A stretch of 7,305 nt of DNA. Origin: Octopus sinensis (Eukaryota). The stretch spans positions 1-7,305 of the forward strand of contig NW_021828911.1 in NCBI RefSeq assembly GCF_006345805.1. The letters are read 5' to 3'. A program made the translations under genes and the position numbers. Every line of letters begins with the position of its first letter. The first letter of the stretch is position 1. This document shows, piece after piece, positions 1 through 6,012 of this stretch. The notes under the pieces were generated by a model that saw only the letters and a program-made list of their open reading frames with translations, made no database searches and was not told where the DNA came from.

Positions 1-32
1 AACCCACATTTATTTTTATATAGATAAATACA

Positions 33-285
33 TTATCCAATGAACCGCTCCCGCCACTTTATTTTCAGACGGCATGGTATAACTTGAAGGAATCCGGCTG
101 ATATTTCTAGTGGCTTCCTCGTGGATTCGATACCAGTTACTTTGGCATTAACCAAAGAAAGCGACAACCAATTCTGATTCCCTGCCATCTGGGATTGATA
201 TGTAATCTGCTGAGGGTTTTCTTTCCCAGGTAAGCTGATATCAATTTTTAACGAAGTTAAACTGGTGACGTGAAAGTTATGTTTC
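33..285 (-). other. Possible coding exon of an unidentified gene (weak candidate)
   Basis: Minus strand reads TTTATTCTTTGTTGTTCTACTGTAG|G, a good polypyrimidine tract plus AG at 287-286. The frame is then open to TAA at 35-33 (KHNFHVTSLTSLKIDISLPGKENPQ...KIKWRERFIG*). It is the only ~100-codon ORF in non-repetitive sequence. No family recognised. Confidence 0.2.
217..235 (+). promoter_or_regulatory. Splice-site motif: polypyrimidine tract + CAG directly fused to GTAAG (5' donor and/or recursive splice site)
   Basis: TTTTCTTTCCC (217-227), AG (228-229), GTAAGC (230-235). Branch-point-like TGCTGAG lies about 15-20 nt upstream. Confidence 0.35.
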
Positions 286-311
286 CTACAGTAGAACAAC
301 AAAGAATAAAT

Positions 312-367
312 TGGCTGTGTGGTAAGTAGCTTGCTTACCAACCACATGGTTCCGCGGGTTCAGTCCC
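312..367 (+). promoter_or_regulatory. RNA polymerase III type-2 internal promoter (A and B boxes) of SINE family A
   Basis: Matches to the TRGCNNARYGG-like and GGTTCRANNCC-like consensus, about 35 nt apart. Confidence 0.7.
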
Positions 368-466
368 ACTGCGTGGCACCTTGGGCAAGTGTCTTCTACT
401 ATAGCCTCGGGCCGACCAAAGCCTTGTGAGTGGATTTGGTAAACAGAAACTGAAAGAAGCCCGTCG

Positions 467-550
467 TATATATGCATATATATGTATATATGCATATATA
501 TGTATATATGTATATGTGTGTGTGTGTGTATGTTTGTGTGTCTGTGTTTG
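467..550 (+). repeat. Compound (TA)n/(TG)n microsatellite internal to SINE A
   Basis: TATATATGCATATATATG occurs twice (467-484, 485-502) and grades into (TG)n. It produces the spurious ORFs 286-570, 335-580 and 472-786. Confidence 0.95.
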
Positions 551-767
551 TCCCCCCCTACCACCACCATCGCTTGACAACTGATGCTGGTGTGTTTACG
601 TCCCCGTCTTTTAGCGGGTCGGCAAAAGAGACCGACAGAAAAGTACTAGTCATTCAAAGAATAAGTCCTGGGGGTCGATTTGCTCCACTAAAAAGGGTGG
701 TGCTCCAGCATGGCCGCTGTCAAATGACTGAAACAAGCAAAAGAGAAAGAGAGAAAAGAGATAACAT

Positions 768-777
768 GTCACGTGAC
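768..777. promoter_or_regulatory. Perfect GTCACGTGAC palindrome (extended E-box / CLEAR-type bHLH-ZIP site)
   Basis: Exact 10-mer just downstream of the SINE A tail. Function unsupported beyond the motif. Confidence 0.2.
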
Positions 778-1792
778 TCCAGCTAGGTGACTCATTCTTT
801 GCACTTGTTTTTAAGCGTAGAATGAATTCTATAAAACTGGCTTTAGTTTAGTGTCACAAGTACAGTTGATGACCTGTTCGACCATCAATCGTTTATATTA
901 ACATTAGTACGTATTTGCAAGCACATCCTACTACTTTATTTGAACGGTTTTTTTCGTTAAATTAGAATCTGGTTCAAAAACCTAATTTGTACAAACCAAC
1001 GACCGTGTTCTTTGAACCGCACTGATCACCTTGATGGCTATTAGATTTTACATCTCTCCTTTCACATTCAGTTTTACGTGATCGTAGAGCTTGCTTAACG
1101 CCCTACATAATTAACTGTATCATTCATCATCAACGCCCACCCCTAAATCTCTAGATCTATTCATCCGCTTCATTTATGGTGTTCCAGTAGTCGTTGCTAA
1201 TTTCCTGACATTTGTACCAACAACTCGGCAATTTTAGTCATCTGATTGCTGAAAATGTCCACTCTGAGTTCTAATACATACTTTCCTGTCCACCACTCAA
1301 ATTTCTTAGTCGTTACTAACAAACTAACACCTCTAACACTTCTGTTCTAGCGTGGCAGAATTTAACAATTAGAACAAAAAAAAAATTATTTTCACTTGAA
1401 TTATCATCGATTCCAAGATTTTCGCTCTCTAGTGCCTAATACGTTTAGTGGTCCATCTTTGAAAATGTCACACAAGAAGATGGATAACTTCCCATTAGAT
1501 AGGGTTGATACTGGATCCTAAAATTTACTTCAGTACTAAACACAATCCACAATCTTTATAGTCACGCAGAATCTTGGTATCATAATTTACGTGGTTCCGT
1601 GAATAACAATTACCATCATGGTATAATGTTCTGTTGTCTTTAAGGTGGCGAGCTGGCAGAAACGTTAGCAAAGCGGGCGAAATGTTTAGCGGTGTGTCCG
1701 TTTGTCTGTCCTTCTTTGTCCCCTCTGTGTGAAGCCCCTTGTGGGCAGTAAAGAAATAAGAAATGTTAGCATGCCGAGCGAAGTGCTTGGCA

Positions 1793-1976
1793 GTATTTCA
1801 TCTGCCGCTACGTTCTGAGCTCAAATTTCGCCGAAGTCGACTTTGCCTTTCATCCTTTCGGGGTCGATTAAATAAGTACCAGTTACGCACTGGGGTCGAT
1901 ATAATCGACTTAATCCGTTTGTCTGTCCTTGTTTGTCCTCTCTGTGTTTAGCCCCTTGTGGGTCGTAAAGAAATAG
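1793..1976 (+). repeat. SINE-B headless monomer 1 (184 bp: B box, body, tail)
   Basis: GTATTTCATCTGCC...AAAGAAATAG. The period to the next monomer is exactly 184. Confidence 0.95.
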
Positions 1977-2160
1977 GTATTTCGTCTGCCGCTACGTTCT
2001 GAGTTGAAATTCCGCCCAGGTCGACTTTGCCTGTCATCCTTTCGGGGTCGATTAAATAAGTACCAGTTACACACTGGAGTCGATCTAATCGACTTAATCC
2101 GTCTGTCTGTCCTTGTTTGTCCTCTCTGTGTTTAGCCCCTTGTGGGTAGTAAAGAAATAG
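1977..2160 (+). repeat. SINE-B headless monomer 2 (184 bp)
   Basis: GTATTTCGTCTGCC...AAAGAAATAG, with about 7 private substitutions relative to the array consensus. Confidence 0.95.
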
Positions 2161-2330
2161 GTATTTCGTCTGCCGCTACGTTCTGAGTTCAAATTCCGCC
2201 GAGGTCGACTTTGCCTTTCATCCTTTCGGGATCGATTAAATAAGTACCAGTTATGCACTGGGGTAGATATAATCGACTTAATCTGTTTGTCTCCTCTGTG
2301 TTTAGCCCCTTGTGGGTAGTAAAGAAATAG
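2161..2330 (+). repeat. SINE-B headless monomer 3 (170 bp, 14-bp deletion in tail)
   Basis: Same start and end as monomers 1-2. Intact B box GAGTTCAAATTCC at 2185-2197. Confidence 0.95.
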
Positions 2331-2601
2331 GTATAAGGTTCTGTCGTCTTTAAGGCGGCGAGCAGGCAGAAACGTTAGCACGCCGGGTGAAATGTTTAGC
2401 GGTTTGTCCGTTTATCTGTCCTTCTTTGTCCCCTCTGTGTGTAGCCCCTTGTAGGCAATAAAGAAATAAGAAACGTTAGCACGCCGAGCGGAGTGTTTAG
2501 CAGTATTTCGACTGCCGTTACGTTCTGAGTTCAAATTCCGCCGAGGTCGACTTTGCCTTTCATCCTTTCAGGGTCGATTAAATAAGTACCAGTGACGCAC
2601 T
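2330..2601 (+). repeat. Second copy of the composite block 1620-1891 (offset 710 bp)
   Basis: Ungapped alignment to 1620-1891 with 26 mismatches over 270 nt (~90%). It includes the leader GTATAAKGTTCTGTYGTCTTT. Confidence 0.9.
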
Positions 2602-2651
2602 TACAATAGGTTTGGTTGTTATTTCTAACAGGTCAATCATCCCATTTACGT

Positions 2652-2895
2652 CAGCTCTGATCGAGCAGATCATTGATCAAAGAGTTTCTAATGCGACCAT
2701 CCCTCCTGTGATTGATTCAAAGAATGATCAAAGACATTTCAAATGATAATATCCCATGTATGTCCATTTTCATCCAGCATAACACAGAATAAATACGTCT
2801 TAAAATCACCATCCCATAGACCAATGGTCAAAGATGCTTTATTGTGGCTATTCCATCACAGCCAACTCGTCTGATTGAATAGATAGATCAATAAC
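2652..2895 (+). repeat. Cluster of decayed copies of a ~50-bp dispersed motif (probably an old retroposon fragment)
   Basis: CAGCTCTGATCGAGCAGATCATTGATCAAAGAG...GACCATCCC (2652-2703). Related pieces: ATGATCAAAGACATT...ATCCC (2724-2755), AGACCAATGGTCAAAGA... (2818-2854) and CAGCC...CTGATTGAATAGAT (2859-2890). Confidence 0.55.
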
Positions 2896-3037
2896 CAAAT
2901 CTGTGCTAACTTTAGTTCATCGCACGTTTCATTTCCCAATATCTTTTATTTTTAAAGAGAGCAGTGTTATTCATAGGAAACTTGTCTGTTATTTCTAGCA
3001 AATCGGGGAAGCACGTAGAGGCTTCTCATTGAAGACG

Positions 3038-3056
3038 AATGATACATACAAGATAT
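3038..3056 (+). repeat. Left target-site duplication of the minus-strand SINE-B
   Basis: AATGATACATACAAGATAT (3038-3056) matches AATGCACACAAGATAT (3508-3523). ACAAGATAT is identical, and CAYACAAGATAT matches at 11/12. Confidence 0.7.
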
Positions 3057-3145
3057 TATCTTTCTTTACTGCCCACAAGGGGCTAAACATAGGGACAAAC
3101 AAGGACAGATAAAGGGATTAAGTCGATTACATCGGTCCCAGTGCG
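3057..3145 (-). mobile_element. 3' half of the host minus-strand SINE-B
   Basis: Reverse complement reads CGCACTGGGACCGATGTAATCGACTTAATCCC...GCCCCTTGTGGGCAGTAAAGAAAGA, i.e. distal body plus tail. Confidence 0.9.
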
Positions 3146-3371
3146 AGCTGGCAGAAACGTTAGCACGCCGGGCGAAATGCTTTCCGGTATTTCGTCTGCC
3201 GTTACGTTCTGCGTTCAAATTCCGCCGAGGTCGACTTTGCCTTTCATCCTTTCGGGGTCGATTAAATAAGTACCAGTTACGCTCTGGGGTCGATATAATC
3301 GACTTAATCCGTTTGTCTGTCCTTGTTTGTCCTCTCTGTGTTTAGCCCCTTGTGGGTAGTAAAGAAATAGG
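3143..3371 (+). mobile_element. Near full-length, low-divergence SINE-B inserted antisense inside another SINE-B
   Basis: A box TGGCAGAAACG (3149-3159), B box GCGTTCAAATTCC (3211-3223), body, and tail to AAAGAAATAGG. Only about 4 differences from the local consensus. Confidence 0.92.
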
Positions 3372-3507
3372 AACTTTATTTATCGACCCCGAAATGATGA
3401 ACGGCAAAGTCGACCTCGGCGGAATTTGAACTCAGAACGTAATGACAGACGAAATACCGCTAAGCATTTCGCCTGGCGCGCTAACGTTTCTGCCAGCTCG
3501 CCGACTT
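3370..3507 (-). mobile_element. 5' half (head, B box, proximal body) of the host minus-strand SINE-B
   Basis: Reverse complement reads AAGTCGGCGAGCTGGCAGAAACGTTAGC...GAGTTCAAATTCCGCCGAGGTCGAC...GGGGTCGATAAATAAAGTTCC. Confidence 0.9.
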
Positions 3508-3523
3508 AATGCACACAAGATAT
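3508..3523 (+). repeat. Right target-site duplication of the minus-strand SINE-B
   Basis: AATGCACACAAGATAT abuts the host 5' end and matches 3038-3056. Confidence 0.7.
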
Positions 3524-3589
3524 ACACAGGAGCGTATATTTCGCCACAGTAGCCCCGAATCAGGACCCGGTATGAGGTTCATATACAGC

Positions 3590-3639
3590 CAGCTCTGATT
3601 GAATAGATCAATTATCAATATCGTTCCAATGTGATCATC
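3590..3639 (+). repeat. Further copy of the decayed ~50-bp motif
   Basis: 37/50 ungapped identity to 2652-2701. Confidence 0.6.
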
Positions 3640-3910
3640 TCGTCATTTCACATATAGTCCATTGATGTATCGGGACCCTGTATGGGGATCATACAATGGA
3701 CACTATAAATCTTGTGATAACAAAAATTGATTTTGGAACAAAATCGTTAAATGGTTTTTTAATATAAAAATATAAAAGAAACTGGAAATAGTTCTATAGA
3801 ACGCTTTGGGGTTGTGTCCTATAGAATTATCCCCCCCTCCTGTTCTTTGATAAACTGTTTATTGTTGTTATGTATGTACGAGCTGAATATTAGAACTCTA
3901 CCGTAACTGC

Positions 3911-4038
3911 TGATGTTGATCGTTACGATGATGATGATGACGATGACGATGACGATGACGAAGAAAATAACGCTGCTGCCGACGACAATGATGGTAATAA
4001 TGATGATGATGATGATGATGACGACGTCGATAATTATA

Positions 4039-4069
<31 letters not shown>

Positions 4070-4119
4070 CGAAAATAACGCTGCTGCCGACGACAATGAT
4101 GATGATGATAATAATGATG

Positions 4120-4151
<32 letters not shown>

Positions 4152-4254
4152 GATGATGACGTCGATGATTATAATGATGATGATGATGAAGATGACGACG
4201 ACAATGATGATGAAAATAACGATGATGCCAACGACAATGATGATAATAATGATA

Positions 4255-4285
<31 letters not shown>

Positions 4286-4310
4286 GGAGGAGGAGGAGGA
4301 AGAGGACGAA
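3911..4310 (+). repeat. Imperfect (GAT)n trinucleotide array with higher-order units, ending in (GAG)n
   Basis: GAAAATAACGCTGCTGCCGACGACAATGATG occurs at 3963 and 4071, with a variant at 4212. GACGTCGATRATTATAATGAT occurs at 4023 and 4158. The array explains the poly-Met and poly-Ile ORFs. Confidence 0.95.
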
Positions 4311-4361
4311 AATGAAGGAAAGAGGGACGGCAATGACAGTGATGATCGTATAGAACATATT

Positions 4362-4613
4362 GATGCTGTTGCTGTTATTGTTTTTTCTTGTTGTTGTTGT
4401 TATCATCGTTACCATCGCTGTTGTTCTATATTGTTGTCAGGGCTCCTCTCATAAGGAGTGTCCGTCCAACACACCACCACCACCACCACCACCACCACCA
4501 CCACCATCAAAAACAACAACAACAACAACAACAAACAACTCAAAGAGAAAGGCAGTCGCTATTCCTTTTTCGTCTCTCCTAAAGCTATTCACAACAACAA
4601 CAACAACAATAAC
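4362..4613. repeat. Mosaic of trinucleotide microsatellites: (GTT)-like 4362-4437, (CAC)n 4472-4506, (AAC)n 4512-4539 and 4590-4613
   Basis: Directly visible. Explains the poly-Pro/His/Thr/Gln ORFs. Confidence 0.9.
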
Positions 4614-4938
4614 GACACGTTATCGATCTGTTTCACAACTGCAACTATCGGCCTTGTTTAGACTCTTAAAGAAGGTTTTGTTTGGCCTATAAAACGAATG
4701 TATATCCTCAACACAAAATGGCGGCCACTTGCTTTGCGTCCATTGTCACAGTCCAATCACACTAACAATAAACCAACAGCTGGTGCCTCACCAAGTGTGT
4801 TTCGTTTGATTTGTTGTTTGTTTTTTTCCACTTCATCTGATTCTACTAATATTGTCGTTTATTTTTGTATATTTATTTGTTTCCCTTTTATTCTGGGTGT
4901 AAGATATGGAAGGAAATTTGTTATTGTCTCTGCATAAA

Positions 4939-4940
4939 TG

Positions 4941-4974
<34 letters not shown>
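4939..4974. repeat. (TG)n microsatellite
   Basis: About 18 dinucleotide units with one CG interruption. Confidence 0.95.
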
Positions 4975-5048
4975 AAGGTGAGCATGTATGCCTGTTTGAG
5001 TGACAACATAATTTAGATATGAATTTGAATATACGTCTACTGCACCTC

Positions 5049-5452
5049 ATATATATATACATATATATATATTTAGATATATATACATATACATATATAC
5101 ATGCACATATATGTCTATTTCTCTATGTATATACATACATACATACACACCAACATATATATATATTCATATATACAAATTTCTATACATATATACATTT
5201 ATATATATATATATATATATATGCACATATATGTCTATTTCTTTATGTATATACATACATACATACATACATACAACATATATATATACATACATACATA
5301 CACACACACATATATATATATACATATATATATGCACATATATGTCTATTTCCCTATGTATATACATGCATACATACACACACACACACACGCGCACACA
5401 CACCTACACACACACACACACACATACATACACACACACATATATATATATG
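5049..5452. repeat. Compound (TA)/(CA)/(CATA) microsatellite with a three-copy 36-bp core
   Basis: Core ATGCACATATATGTCTATTTCYYTATGTATATACAT at 5101, 5221 and 5332. Confidence 0.95.
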
Positions 5453-5880
5453 TCATGACAGGCTCCTTATTTCCTTGATGAAGTCATAGGAGCGTCGTCC
5501 TGACATACGGCGTGCCTTGGGTAAATTAAGTCCAGCGGATCCCAACACTCTCCTGATATGGTTATAAATAGATAGATACACAAACCACCCACCAACACCC
5601 CCACCACACACAATGCACATGTTACCCGATACGCTGTCCATCCTTAACACACATAAACTATTCTAATATGTTTCCGTTTGAAAATCCGGTAACAATACCC
5701 TCCCCAAAATTGTAGGCCACTAGGTCAGAAGACGTACATTTAAATATTACAATTAACAATGGTATTGAGTACTTTTTGCCTTATTCATCAGAACCGATGG
5801 ATATGGATATATATGCGGACATACATACTGTTCATAGCCACAACCACAGCACACAAATTTATATACATTAAGGTTACAGT

Positions 5881-6012
5881 CTGGTGGAATCTCGAGCGTA
5901 TTGGACACTTACGTTCTGATTTCAAATACTACTGATGTCAACGAAGACTTTCAACCTTTAGGGGCCGATTTAATTAAGTGCCAGTGAAGTACCGGTGTTG
6001 ATCTAATCGACT
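5881..6012 (+). mobile_element. Old, heavily decayed SINE-B-related copy
   Basis: 5909-6012 (TTACGTTCTGATTTCAAAT...CTTTCAACCTTTAGGGGCCGATTTAATTAAGTGCCAGT...GATCTAATCGACT) aligns almost without gaps to the SINE-B body at roughly 75%. CTGGTGGAATC at 5881 may be a decayed A box. Confidence 0.75.

Larger units (their letters stand above)
312..760 (+). mobile_element. tRNA-derived SINE, family A (octopus-type), slightly 5'-truncated
   Basis: A box TGGCTGTGTGG (312-322) and B box GGTTCAGTCCC (357-367) at tRNA-like spacing. These are followed by the CCTTGGGCAAG motif common in SINE bodies, an internal microsatellite, a 3' body, and a tail CCAGCATGGCC...GACTGAAACAAGC ending in (AAAGAG)-type short repeats (741-760). 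No clear TSD. Confidence 0.85.
1620..2601 (+). mobile_element. Concatemer of tRNA-derived SINE family B modules (SINE-derived tandem array)
   Basis: Module order: leader (1620-1641), head with A box (1642-1693), tail' (1697-1760), partial head (1761-1792), [body+tail] x3 (1793-2330), leader, head, tail', partial head (2331-2502), truncated body (2503-2601). Modules align to the full-length copy at 3143-3371. Confidence 0.9.

Noticed and set aside
286-786. ORFs 286-570, 335-580 and 472-786
   Set aside because: They span SINE A and its dinucleotide tract. The HT/YI/CV repeats are translation artefacts.
1793-2330. CRISPR-like array or hammerhead retrozyme
   Set aside because: Units are contiguous with no unique spacers, no cas genes are present, and there is no CTGANGA...GAAA hammerhead core on either strand of the monomer.
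1763-2381. ORFs 1763-1951 and 2094-2381
   Set aside because: Entirely within SINE-B monomers, with no protein-family features.
1602-2623. AATAACAA / TTGTTATT inverted 8-mers flanking the SINE-B array as possible TIRs
   Set aside because: Short, AT-rich, not flush with the array ends and without a TSD. The right-hand copy belongs to a motif repeated at 2987.
3143-3226. Functional tRNA gene
   Set aside because: It has A/B boxes but no canonical cloverleaf or anticodon arm, and it continues into a SINE body and tail present in many diverged copies.
3659-3700. Imperfect hairpin CCATTG...CAATGG
   Set aside because: Only 42 nt with several bulges, too short for a pre-miRNA or MITE, and single copy.
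3819-4692. Poly-Ile, poly-Met, poly-Pro, poly-His/Gln and poly-Thr ORFs
   Set aside because: Alternative readings of trinucleotide microsatellites in which stops cannot easily arise.
4859-5489. Y/I/H/T-rich ORFs on both strands
   Set aside because: Translations of TA/CA repeats.
5475-5556. Possible C/D-box snoRNA (TGATGA 5475, CTGA 5500, CTGA 5553)
   Set aside because: The C box lacks the leading purine, there is no terminal stem or clear C' box, and I recognise no rRNA complementarity. A snoscan or Infernal search would be needed to revive it.
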